This document shows, one piece after another, positions 1 through 7,608 of a DNA stretch of 57,949 nucleotides (its first letter is position 1; each line of letters starts with the position of its first letter). A model generated the notes under the pieces. That model ran no database searches and was not told the origin of the DNA. It saw only the letters and a program-made list of their open reading frames with translations. This stretch comes from a virus. The stretch is taken from IMG/VR virus record IMGVR_UViG_3300045391_002368, positions 1 to 57,949 of that record; one strand, written 5' to 3'. The position numbers and the translations under genes are program-made.

Positions 1-70
1 AGTGCTCACTGTGACTCCACTGAACTTGACCTTGATCATCATCCCCTGGACCGCCCCACCGGCAGTGACC
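1..70. repeat. Terminal overlap, copy 1. nt 1-70 are identical to nt 57880-57949, so the genome is closed circular or circularly permuted with a 57,879-bp unit.
   Basis: Direct comparison of the first and last 70 nt (agtgctcactgtgactcc...ccaccggcagtgacc). Confidence 0.95.
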
Positions 71-156
71 GGGAATTCCCGGCTGATAGCCTGATCCGTA
101 ACAGAGGCTCCGACGGCCTTCACGATAGCATAGTCGCTAGCTGCCCATCCGTTCAT
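1..156 (-). CDS. 5' part (52 codons) of a 124-aa small virion-module protein whose ORF crosses the circular junction and continues at 57879->57661.
   Basis: ATG at 154-156 overlaps the stop of the upstream gene (ATGA). It reads in frame MNGWAASDYAIVKAVGASVTDQAISREFPVTAGGAVQG into MMIKVKFSG..., the ORF listed at 57661..57921. Confidence 0.6.
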   Translation of the reverse strand, partial: MNGWAASDYAIVKAVGASVTDQAISREFPVTAGGAVQGMMIKVKFSGVTVST

Positions 157-551
157 TTGCTTACCAACCTTTCGTATAACTGATGAGGAGTAGTGCTGGA
201 GTTCTCGTTGTCGTCGAGATACTCAGTCACCCACTCGGTACATAGATACATTCCCGACATCTGCCAGAGATTAGCCTTCGGCAGCCAGGGGAAGAGGCAA
301 CGCAGCCCGAGATAGAACAGCGCACCCCAGTCGTAACCGAACCACCGAGACTGGCCGAGTAAGCGAAGAACCTTATCGGGATCAGAGGAAACAGGGACAG
401 CATGGACGATCTCGCTGTGGTCTAGAAAACTAGACCTATCCTCGACATGCGGTCCCCAGAGATTGCTGTGGATAACGATAGTCCCGTCCTCGATAGCGCA
501 GTGGGAACAGTCCTCTCCGGTGATCGCTCGGATCATCCTACTGAGGACCAT
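153..551 (-). CDS. Candidate permuted papain-like (NlpC/P60 superfamily, YiiX-like) cell-wall amidase/peptidase.
   Basis: Internal start MVLSRMIR chosen because the upstream gene stops at 578. The order SHCAI...IVIHS (His region) ...FGYDWG... then C-terminal MYLCTEWV (Cys) matches the permuted NlpC/P60 arrangement. Confidence 0.4.
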   Translation of the reverse strand: MVLSRMIRAITGEDCSHCAIEDGTIVIHSNLWGPHVEDRSSFLDHSEIVHAVPVSSDPDKVLRLLGQSRWFGYDWGALFYLGLRCLFPWLPKANLWQMSGMYLCTEWVTEYLDDNENSSTTPHQLYERLVSK

Positions 552-577
552 ATTATTTCTGGTGAAGAGGATCTGCA

Positions 578-997
578 CTAGGCGAGGACCTTGTGGAATA
601 GGACATTGAAATAGCAGGCAACGTTGAGAAGGCCAGTCGACGTGTAGATGCACCGCAGATAGAGTCCTGCTAGGATCTTGGCCGGATACGGAGCCTCCAT
701 ACCCCGCTGTGTCTGCGTGTCCGAGGCGACGTACCACGAGGAGGTGAACTGGTTGAGCACCGTTCCGGCTGGATAGTACAGCCCGTCCTTGTCTACTACC
801 TGGACTGTCATCGAATCACCGAGAACGTGGTTACTGAGGATCGCATAGGCCCCGAGAACGAGCCTGTCCTCGGGAAGCTGGTAATCGATATTCGTCGACG
901 TGCCTGCCGTAGCTGTGCCAGTAATGCCGGTACCCCGGAAGTTCAGGATATCGGAGGAGAGTTCGCTCAGTTTCTTCGGTGAGAACAGGGTTGTCAT
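578..997 (-). CDS. Virion-module protein of unknown function.
   Basis: ORF in the co-directional operon. Its start MTTLFSPKK overlaps the upstream stop (TAATG). Confidence 0.6.
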   Translation of the reverse strand: MTTLFSPKKLSELSSDILNFRGTGITGTATAGTSTNIDYQLPEDRLVLGAYAILSNHVLGDSMTVQVVDKDGLYYPAGTVLNQFTSSWYVASDTQTQRGMEAPYPAKILAGLYLRCIYTSTGLLNVACYFNVLFHKVLA

Positions 998-2238
998 TAC
1001 TGGTATTCCTGCCACTCGACCTGAGCCCAGGCAGCTGTGCCGCCGGCTGTCGATCTAGCCGCAACGACTAGAGTATCCTGTACGGATCCAGCGATATCGA
1101 GGCCGAGAGCAATCAGTTCTAGAGCGGCAATTACCTCGTCGCTGACCACCCCAGTCAGGGTGGAGCTTGCCGGCACATAGAATTCCCGCAACTTGATCCC
1201 CCCGGACACTGCAGTTGCCGTCGTGTCGTATTCTACCGCTGAGTATGTCCCAGCGGAGGTGAAGGAAGCACCAGTGAGCGTGGGGTTTAGATAGAGGGCA
1301 ACATAGATCAGGTTCTGGTTTGCGGCAACCTGAACTGAGCGAGGAACAATACTGATACGATTTGTCCGGCCATTGAAGGTTGACTTCGGACGAATCGCAA
1401 TGAGAGGTAAGATAGTATTACCGACGGTCGTGGAGGTAGCTACAGTAGACGCAGTGAAGATGTATGGGGCAGAGATACTATCCGAGGATTCTTTCTGGTA
1501 TGCGAAACAGACCAGGTCGAGAGTTGTCGAACTTGCTGCTGTTCCCGTGTTGGTTAGCTCGACTCGAAGCGGCAGGGAGGGGGTGCGCATGAAGGGAACA
1601 GCGGAGGTATTGGCAGCATTGATAGAATGGCAGTAGATAATCCGACCGTTGTACAGGATACCGAAGCGGATCCTGCCGGCTCCATGCCACAGGAAATCGA
1701 TGACATAGAGGTTGTGTTTGCTCGTATCGAGAGTTATCCCACTCGGACCCGTGCCATCGAGCTTATCGATATTCCAGGAAGACTGTGCAGTCGCCGTGTC
1801 TACTGGAGAACCGGAGGTATTCGACCGCACTACTGCCGAGATGCTGGAGGCTCCGAACTCGAAGAACAGCCCGTTATTGGCGTCGAAGTATCCCGCCCTC
1901 TTTCTGGTATTCGCCTTAGCCGCCCCGATGTTACCACTGATAGTGACAATGTAGCTTCGGCCTGGGTTGTAGCGGAAGTAGCGCTTAGTCTGGACAGTAG
2001 CCGAATCGGAGGAGGACGTGGTAGTGGTCAGGCGGAGAGAGGAGGTATCGAGGTTGGAAGCGATAGTGGCGCTGCCCGTGACTGCTGTATTTGCTAGCAG
2101 AGCATGGTCAGTGTGAGCGAAGTAGAGCGACTCGACGAGCGATGAGTCAGATACTCGAATACGACCGAAGGCATCTATCTGAGAGCCATCGGCGATCTCG
2201 ATATCATTAGCATCATTGAAGGATAGGTTAGCGCCCAT
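997..2238 (-). CDS. Virion structural protein, beta-rich and Ser/Thr-rich. Possibly a receptor-binding or fibre-like protein.
   Basis: 413-aa ORF containing RYFRYNPGRS...GYFDANNGLFFEF...WNIDKLDGTGPSG...FLWHGAGRIRFG, which looks jelly-roll-like. The function is inferred from composition and context only. Confidence 0.55.
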   Translation of the reverse strand: MGANLSFNDANDIEIADGSQIDAFGRIRVSDSSLVESLYFAHTDHALLANTAVTGSATIASNLDTSSLRLTTTTSSSDSATVQTKRYFRYNPGRSYIVTISGNIGAAKANTRKRAGYFDANNGLFFEFGASSISAVVRSNTSGSPVDTATAQSSWNIDKLDGTGPSGITLDTSKHNLYVIDFLWHGAGRIRFGILYNGRIIYCHSINAANTSAVPFMRTPSLPLRVELTNTGTAASSTTLDLVCFAYQKESSDSISAPYIFTASTVATSTTVGNTILPLIAIRPKSTFNGRTNRISIVPRSVQVAANQNLIYVALYLNPTLTGASFTSAGTYSAVEYDTTATAVSGGIKLREFYVPASSTLTGVVSDEVIAALELIALGLDIAGSVQDTLVVAARSTAGGTAAWAQVEWQEYQ

Positions 2239-2514
2239 TTACTTCTTCTTGCGCTTGCCGCCACCACCCGTAGAGGGCAGCGGTCCCATGCTCTTCACCC
2301 GCATCGCCTGCTCGGCGGGAGCAGCGACTGCTGTCGTTGCTTCGGAAGCACGCAGCTTACCAGCAAGCTCATTGGCCAGGCCTCCGACCCATACCCGAAC
2401 CTTGACAAGCTCTTCGGCATCTGCAGCACTGAGGTCCCATCTGCCCGTGCTCAGCAGGCGGATGAGTGCAATACATCGTTTGCCGTCCTCATTAGTTGCT
2501 TCTAGTATGCGCAT
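2239..2514 (-). CDS. Small protein with a Gly/Lys C-terminal tail (GGGGKRKKK).
   Basis: 91-aa ORF abutting the next gene (TAAATG). Confidence 0.55.
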   Translation of the reverse strand: MRILEATNEDGKRCIALIRLLSTGRWDLSAADAEELVKVRVWVGGLANELAGKLRASEATTAVAAPAEQAMRVKSMGPLPSTGGGGKRKKK

Positions 2515-2517
2515 AGT

Positions 2518-2558
2518 AGAAAGGCCCTCCTGGTACTAGGATAGCCACCAGAAGGGCC
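2518..2558 (-). terminator. Intrinsic-terminator-like or SD-sequestering hairpin between 2576..3565 and 2239..2514.
   Basis: On the minus strand: GGCCCTTCTGGT-12 nt-ACCAGGAGGGCC, a 12-bp stem with one G.U pair, followed by TTTCT. The 3' arm contains the AGGAGG Shine-Dalgarno of the next gene. Confidence 0.45.
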
Positions 2559-2575
2559 ACCTGTCAACTGTGCTA

Positions 2576-3565
2576 TTACGCCATCTGGAGGATATTAGCG
2601 TTCTGAGTACCCGAGGCTACCACACCGTAGACATCGACCGCCGGACCAACTTCCAGTTCCATGAACGACGCTTTCGGAACCTCGATGCCAGTCGTAGCGC
2701 CAGTGTTCGTGACCGTGGCACTACCAACCCAGATCGACGCACTACCAGCATTCTGAATCATCAGAGTCTTGCGGTTAGCGAGTGGGGTGGTCGGCAGCTT
2801 CGTGGCCGTGGTGGCGACAGCAATCTGTTGTTGGAGGATACTGCCGTTGGCAATATCGACCACCTTGAGAGAGCCTTCCGACCAGGTCAGAAGGGACGTA
2901 TAGTCGCCATCGGCGGCATTGCTACCCTGGGAATCCTTGCGGACACCGAGAGCCTGGATGCCCTGATCACCACTGGAGTGCGCTGCATCCTCAGCCTTCG
3001 AGAGCGCCGAGAGCGTCGACGAGATGGTGCTGGTGTTGCTAGCCGTGTTGCCCGTGTTGGTGACGATCGTGCTGAGGCTGGAGTTGGCAGTCGTCAGCTG
3101 AGAGTGAGTCGTCGTGTCGAAGACATAGAGCTCACCGAGGTTGTTGCTCTTGAAAGCGCCGTAGTCGCCGTCATTCGAGGTGGATTCGGCCAGCGTGTCC
3201 TGGCGGACGAGCAGCGTGAAGAGACCCGTGTCACCGTCGGTGTGGGGCGCATCTTCCGAGTAGTCGCCAGCGAAGTCGACCGTAGCCGAGACCGGCAGCT
3301 CACCGGAAGCATTGAGCGTGAACGGGACCCAGTTGCCATTGGTATCAATGGCACCCATGCTCATCAGATAGTCTACGCCAGCGGAATAGGCTGAGCCATC
3401 GAGATGAGATGAAATGTCGTTGCTATCGAGACGCTGGGTAGCACCGATAGTGGTCGACGTGAGGAGAGCTCCAGCTGCATCCGTTAGGTATGCTGCGATG
3501 GAGTGGCCGTCGGCCAGACTCGCCGTATTGACCTGGATGTTGTGGAGGCCGAGATTCATACCCAT
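2576..3565 (-). CDS. Structural protein. Its C-terminal ~75-aa beta domain is paralogous to the C-terminus of 3915..4547.
   Basis: 329-aa ORF with an AAGGAG RBS. C-terminus: NRKTLMIQNAGSASIWVGS...VDVYGVV. Confidence 0.6.
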   Translation of the reverse strand: MGMNLGLHNIQVNTASLADGHSIAAYLTDAAGALLTSTTIGATQRLDSNDISSHLDGSAYSAGVDYLMSMGAIDTNGNWVPFTLNASGELPVSATVDFAGDYSEDAPHTDGDTGLFTLLVRQDTLAESTSNDGDYGAFKSNNLGELYVFDTTTHSQLTTANSSLSTIVTNTGNTASNTSTISSTLSALSKAEDAAHSSGDQGIQALGVRKDSQGSNAADGDYTSLLTWSEGSLKVVDIANGSILQQQIAVATTATKLPTTPLANRKTLMIQNAGSASIWVGSATVTNTGATTGIEVPKASFMELEVGPAVDVYGVVASGTQNANILQMA

Positions 3566-3582
3566 CGTGTAGGTACTCCTTG

Positions 3583-3918
3583 TTAGATCCAGTACCAGAT
3601 CTCTGCCACCTGGGCAGCGAGATCCGACTGGAAGAAGAGGTCTAGAGAGGCAGAGAGGGACAGATCACTCTCTGACGCATAGCAATACCGGGGGATCGTA
3701 TAGTAGAGAGTCGAGGACTGCCCGGCTACGTATGCGATCTGTATTCGGCCCGATCCTCGAAGCTTGATGGCATACTGCTTCGTGTTAGTGGGCAGAGTGA
3801 ACGAGTACTCTGTGCCTGCCATCGGCATACTGACATTGGCTACCTGGGGATTAGTAGCACCAGTAATCTGGATAGTGGTGGTTACTCCTCCACTACCTGC
3901 CGGTGTGAAGGCACTCAT
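3583..3918 (-). CDS. Small structural protein consisting of the same beta-domain class alone.
   Basis: 111-aa ORF with an ATGA overlap to the upstream gene. Contains KQYAIKLRGSGRIQIAYVAG. Confidence 0.55.
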   Translation of the reverse strand: MSAFTPAGSGGVTTTIQITGATNPQVANVSMPMAGTEYSFTLPTNTKQYAIKLRGSGRIQIAYVAGQSSTLYYTIPRYCYASESDLSLSASLDLFFQSDLAAQVAEIWYWI

Positions 3919-4547
3919 CCACCAGCCTCCACTATCCTCACGTCGGCTCCCGGAACATCTGAGACACCGTAGACAGCAGCGCCTGCCGCAATATCGAGAG
4001 CGAGTGCATCCTTCGGAGCCAGGGGATATCCGACTGCAGAATCTGCCTTCGAGATATCCTCACCTATGAACAGATTAGCCGTAGCACTCCAGTTCTTTAC
4101 GAGAACACCCTGACGATCTGTGAGGGCTGCGGCAATGAGTACCACCGGGGTCGTACCTACGGTTTCCTGTGAGACTCGCCAGTTGGTGGAACCGAGGATA
4201 CGGGCAGACGCCTCTCCGGAACCTTCGATCGCACGGACGTAGACCTCGTAGGAACATCCGCCCGTGTAGGAGGCTACGACTCGGAATCGCTGGAGCGATA
4301 TGGCAGACTTTCGGAGAAGGAGCTGCGTAGTCGGTGCCGCTACCGCCGGGAACGAGATTACTCCAACCTCTTTCCCAGTATCCGTGAGGGTGTACACAGT
4401 AACCGTCAGGGATCCACTCGTAACTGAGTCTACCCATAGAGTAACTAGGAGTGAGTCCGACTGTATGGACCCCTCTCTGGACGTCGACCCAGCGCTCGCT
4501 GGGGACTCCGCTATCAGCCGTTCCTGGCTACCCGGGTGGATAAGCAT
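3915..4547 (-). CDS. Structural protein with the shared C-terminal beta domain.
   Basis: 210-aa ORF. Its C-terminus DRQGVLVKNWSATANLFIGE...AAVYGVSD aligns by eye to the C-terminus of 2576..3565. Confidence 0.6.
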   Translation of the reverse strand: MLIHPGSQERLIAESPASAGSTSREGSIQSDSLLVTLWVDSVTSGSLTVTVYTLTDTGKEVGVISFPAVAAPTTQLLLRKSAISLQRFRVVASYTGGCSYEVYVRAIEGSGEASARILGSTNWRVSQETVGTTPVVLIAAALTDRQGVLVKNWSATANLFIGEDISKADSAVGYPLAPKDALALDIAAGAAVYGVSDVPGADVRIVEAGG

Positions 4548-4608
4548 ACGGCTAGCATGGCATACTCTACGGGGAAATGCAACAGGTATTTATAGTCCTA
4601 GTACGGGC

Positions 4609-5133
4609 CTACTTCGCTACCGGTAGCTTCCGGATATTCTTCTGGATATATTCTTCGAGCTGCTCTTTCGACATCCCGGCAATCTTTTCGTCGGCATACT
4701 GGGCTTCCTTACCAGCGGCCTTCGGAAGCTTATTACCCAGTTCCATCACCAACTTGATGGCGGCTATCCTAGCGGTAGCCCCCGTATCCTTATCCCGGAG
4801 CACCTGCTCTAGATTGTCTAGCGCCAGGTTGGAGATGAACTCCACTCTCTGCCGGAATTCTTCCCTGTTGGTGAACCAGTCGACGAAGCCCGGTAGGCTC
4901 CACCAGTTCTCGATCCGCCTGTCCCCACAGAACCGCCTGGCTGCCGCCAGATCGATCGGCTCGGGCACAGGGGTCTCCCCATCCAGGAAGTGGCTCCAGA
5001 AGGTTGCCTTCGCCTTTCTGTGCTCTGCAGAGGGATCGCTGAAGAGGGTCAGGTCTCGGCCCACTGCCGCAATCTGGGCGAGGAGGTCTCCCCGCATCTT
5101 ATCTGCCACTGACATAGTATCCCCCAACCCCAT
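4609..5133 (-). CDS. Candidate terminase small subunit or DNA-binding protein. It is the first gene of the leftward late operon.
   Basis: 174-aa helical ORF with FWSHF...ENWWSLPGFVDWF...ARIAAIKLVMELG. The pattern resembles phage TerS proteins. The call is inferred from this pattern and its position at the operon head. Confidence 0.35.
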   Translation of the reverse strand: MGLGDTMSVADKMRGDLLAQIAAVGRDLTLFSDPSAEHRKAKATFWSHFLDGETPVPEPIDLAAARRFCGDRRIENWWSLPGFVDWFTNREEFRQRVEFISNLALDNLEQVLRDKDTGATARIAAIKLVMELGNKLPKAAGKEAQYADEKIAGMSKEQLEEYIQKNIRKLPVAK

Positions 5134-5164
5134 CTCGATACGTAAGACTAGTATCCTCTACTAG

Positions 5165-5208
5165 GCTGCTGTACCGGGTGAATAACTGACCCCTCTAGGT
5201 ACAGCAGC
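5165..5208. promoter_or_regulatory. Perfect 11-bp inverted repeat with a nested 4-bp stem, located 32 nt upstream of the late-operon ATG.
   Basis: gctgctgtacc (5165-5175) pairs with ggtacagcagc (5198-5208). A nested gggt/accc stem lies inside the loop. There is no U-tract on either strand. Confidence 0.5.
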
Positions 5209-5725
5209 ATACCTGGGGGTGTATGCATGCTCTACCCATTCCCCCCACTTCCGCTTCGGCACTCCACTTCGACTGCGTAACCTTCGTATTACTCGTGCGA
5301 CCCGTTGCTGCCGTGCCCCTACGAGCTCCTGGAGGAGCTACTATCGGGACGCCCCACTCGACTCTTCCCTGAGTCGCTCACCTCGGATGCCTGTAGCCCA
5401 TTTCTGGGCATCATCACCTCCGGTCGGGGGTAGTTGCCGGGTGATTCAACCTGGCAGCGGATAGAGAAACATCTAACAGATCCTTGGGTTTCGACACGTA
5501 ACTCAGTGTTACTATGTTCCGAACTGCCAGGTCTATCCGACGGCCCGCTGGGTCATCCTCTCGGTTCGGTGGGTGGACTGACACGTGGGCAGTCTACTCT
5601 CACTGGGCGAACACTGGGACTCTACAGACGTTTCTGATCGGGGCGCCGAACTACGTCACAATCCGGACAGCAGGACAGTGCCTGCCTACTTCGAGGCTAG
5701 CATACTCCGTACTGGGATGCAAGCA

Positions 5726-6274
5726 TTATTTCTGAGTGATGGGGGTTCCGTTAGCCGGGATGACCAGTAGGCCTAATGAGGATAGCATCTTACTCCACCG
5801 GAGGACACATTCCTCTGCCGTCATTCCTAGCATGGTGCGCCGGCAGTCGAGGCAGATAGGCATACAGTTTCGGGATGTGTAGGCCTCATCGGGACGTATT
5901 CTCTGGACCCCGAGCCCCTTCGTCTCCGGACAGAAGGTACAGGTCCCGGCTGTTAGTGCCCTGAATTCCTTGTCCCCTAGGTCGAATGCCTGCCCCTCGA
6001 TGACTGCCCTTCTAATTTCCCTAGCCATGCGCCTTCGGAGCTGGTAGCGTGGACCCGGCTTCGGGGTCTTCCTCCGGGAGATAAGGTTCCGATGTAGCTC
6101 GCAGGTTCCGCACGTCTTCACCCGCCCGTGGCGCACGTCCCTGACCAGGTACTCTCTCACGTTCCCGCAATCGCACCTTCCGAGCCACCTAGATCCGACA
6201 CCCTTCGCCGACGGCCTGGAGTACCGTAGCAGAGTGATGTGATTGTACTTCTTTCCTGTCTCGTCCTTGCGCAT
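5726..6274 (-). CDS. Free-standing HNH/His-Me-finger-like homing-endonuclease-type protein with Zn-ribbon Cys clusters.
   Basis: N-terminal RWLGRCDCGNVREYL...VKTCGTC and C-terminal CTFCPETKGLGVQRIRPDEAYTSRNCMPICLDCRR both match a pattern common in phage HNH-like proteins. Confidence 0.55.
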   Translation of the reverse strand: MRKDETGKKYNHITLLRYSRPSAKGVGSRWLGRCDCGNVREYLVRDVRHGRVKTCGTCELHRNLISRRKTPKPGPRYQLRRRMAREIRRAVIEGQAFDLGDKEFRALTAGTCTFCPETKGLGVQRIRPDEAYTSRNCMPICLDCRRTMLGMTAEECVLRWSKMLSSLGLLVIPANGTPITQK

Positions 6275-6400
6275 TCCTGTGACTCCGTGTGTAATAGTAA
6301 AGTTATTTTACCAGATGCCGAGTGTATGCATAGGCTATTTTCTATTTCTGGTAGCCGTGTGTGGGGGTTGCAATCACCTCGGTTGGGCGGTACGTCAGGC

Positions 6401-6490
6401 CACACTTGCCCCCTTAGCACACGACTGGGGGCTGTGTGCCCAACCTACGGAAGGGGGAAATCAACTGCCGGAACAACAAGTTCCCCGTAG
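6401..6490. other. Two adjacent strong stem-loops in non-coding DNA.
   Basis: First: cacac-tt-gccccc / gggggc-t-gtgtg (6401-6438). Second: ctacgg...ccgtag enclosing ggaac-aacaa-gttcc (6445-6490). Confidence 0.45.
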
Positions 6491-6523
6491 TAGTGGGAGA
6501 CGGTGCATATTGCATGGTTAGCT

Positions 6524-6596
6524 AGGTACGCTTGTGACTCAGCGTAGGGTAGGGTATCATCTCGGTACGGTATGGGTACCAGGGTAGGTACGGTGG
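6524..6596. repeat. GGTA-rich repeat cluster (GGTACG, GGGTAGGGTA, GGTACGGTATGGGTACCAGGGTAGGTACGGTGG).
   Basis: Read directly from the sequence. A second short run, GGTAGGTAGGTAGG, lies at 6817-6830. Confidence 0.6.
6532..6560 (+). promoter_or_regulatory. Sigma70-like promoter candidate, TTGTGA-17 nt-TATCAT, upstream of the small plus-strand ORF.
   Basis: Hexamers at 6532-6537 and 6555-6560 with 17-nt spacing. The host sigma specificity is unknown. Confidence 0.25.
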
Positions 6597-6617
6597 TCAT
6601 TCTTCTGGGAGGAAGCC

Positions 6618-6818
6618 ATGTCTAGACGTACGGTGCTTCGGAAGGTGGAGAGTACGCCGGTTGCTATCGAGCCTCGGGGAGATCGGGGGAAGAGGAGACG
6701 GATCCAGAGACGAGTAGCTCTCGTACTCGACTGCTTCGCCATGGGGGTATCGCTCGCTATCCTCTATCTGCTTATCCGAGGAGCCTGCGTGTTCTTCCCG
6801 GATGCATGCTACTGGTAG
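6618..6818 (+). CDS. Small (66 aa) basic protein with one C-terminal transmembrane helix, encoded opposite to the surrounding leftward genes.
   Basis: Strong SD gGGAGGAAgccATG. Sequence: MSRRTVLRK...RRRIQRRVALVLDCFAMGVSLAILYLLIRGACVFF. Confidence 0.35.
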   Translation: MSRRTVLRKVESTPVAIEPRGDRGKRRRIQRRVALVLDCFAMGVSLAILYLLIRGACVFFPDACYW

Positions 6819-6956
6819 GTAGGTAGGAAAGGCCCCGGACCGCATCTCTGCAGCCCGGGGTCCCCGTCAGTGACTCTAGTTTCCGTCGCTCGGAGACTAG
6901 ATATTCCTCTCTCGGCATCTCACTCCATTTTCTTTAGTAGTAGCATTCCTCTCACA

Positions 6957-7064
6957 CCACAAGTAATCGCCGGACTTCTCCCCGAAGTCCCGACGGTCTA
7001 CTATGCAGTCGCCGGACTCCGCATCGGAGTCCCGATGGTCTCCTACGACCTCCACAAGTAATCG
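6957..7064. repeat. A 13-bp direct repeat (ccacaagtaatcg at 6957-6969 and 7052-7064) brackets two tandem ~43-nt units, each forming a hairpin.
   Basis: Hairpin 1 is ggacttc-tcccc-gaagtcc (6972-6990). Hairpin 2 is ggactccg-cat-cggagtcc (7014-7032). The flanks tcgccGGACT...AGTCCcga(c/t)ggtct are shared between units. Confidence 0.8.
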
Positions 7065-7228
7065 TAGAGCAGCTGCACGAGTCTCACCGATGCTTCCTGC
7101 GCATACGGGAGGATCACCGTATGTCCGCAGAGACCATGGAATACCAGCTGGCAGTGCCCCCGGTACTTCCCTTCCTGCAGCCAGCGTATCGAGACAGTGC
7201 TCCGGTCGGATAGCTGTACCGTATGCAT
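7043..7228 (-). CDS. Small hypothetical protein (61 aa).
   Basis: GGAGG RBS 9 nt upstream of the ATG. The ORF ends inside the right copy of the 13-bp repeat. Confidence 0.45.
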   Translation of the reverse strand: MHTVQLSDRSTVSIRWLQEGKYRGHCQLVFHGLCGHTVILPYAQEASVRLVQLLYDYLWRS

Positions 7229-7287
7229 GTGGCGAGACCTCCTACCAGATGCTATCGCTCCGGGAGGTCCCGCCTCGACTGTCCTAC

Positions 7288-7545
7288 TCAGTTCCTCGAT
7301 TCTCCTCCGGTATTCGGGGAAGAATACTGCGCTCGCAGAAAGCGTACATACGGATCCGAGCCTGCATAGTTAGTTCTACTCATCGCTCGTAGTAGGTCGT
7401 CGAGTGGCACATCGTACCTCTCCGCTATACGCCTGGCCTCTCCCGAGTAACAGAGAGTAGGGTCGTCGGTGATACGCTTCCAGGCCTCGAATAATTGAGC
7501 TACTGCTTCTCTAACAGGATCAGACACTTCGAGTTCCTCCCTCAT
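7288..7545 (-). CDS. Small helical protein, possibly an HTH regulator. It is the first leftward gene at the divergent region.
   Basis: 85-aa ORF. The segment SGEARRIAERYDVPLDDLLRAM looks HTH-like. No obvious SD. Confidence 0.4.
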   Translation of the reverse strand: MREELEVSDPVREAVAQLFEAWKRITDDPTLCYSGEARRIAERYDVPLDDLLRAMSRTNYAGSDPYVRFLRAQYSSPNTGGESRN

Positions 7546-7608
7546 GTTTACCGACTAGTGAGCGAAGATAGTTCTAGTGTCTGGTGCACACTGGAGGCAA
7601 GTACGAAA

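Noticed and set aside
1-70. The 70-bp terminal repeat as a genuine direct terminal repeat of the virion DNA.
   Set aside because: A gene reads straight through the junction and the repeat is very short. An assembly overlap of a circular or permuted genome is more parsimonious. This cannot be settled without reads.
5219-5770. Overlapping plus-strand ORFs (5219..5464, 5434..5637, 5514..5735, 5585..5770) as decayed or real genes.
   Set aside because: Their translations are Arg/Ser/Pro-rich with no motifs and no RBS, and they occupy three different frames. They are more consistent with non-coding, structured DNA.
6470-6484. tRNA-like T-arm (ggaac-aacaa-gttcc), and other candidate tRNAs in the non-coding tracts.
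   Set aside because: The loop is 5 nt without a TTCRA consensus. No acceptor, D or anticodon arms can be built around it. No GGTTCGAATCC-type sequence occurs in any intergenic region on either strand.
7546-7608. A divergent promoter pair in the 63-nt gap between the leftward 7288..7545 gene and ung.
   Set aside because: Only weak hexamers are present (TTTACC-16-TAGTTC). The CTCACTAGT string resembles the 47313 motif only partly. This is not enough to call a promoter.
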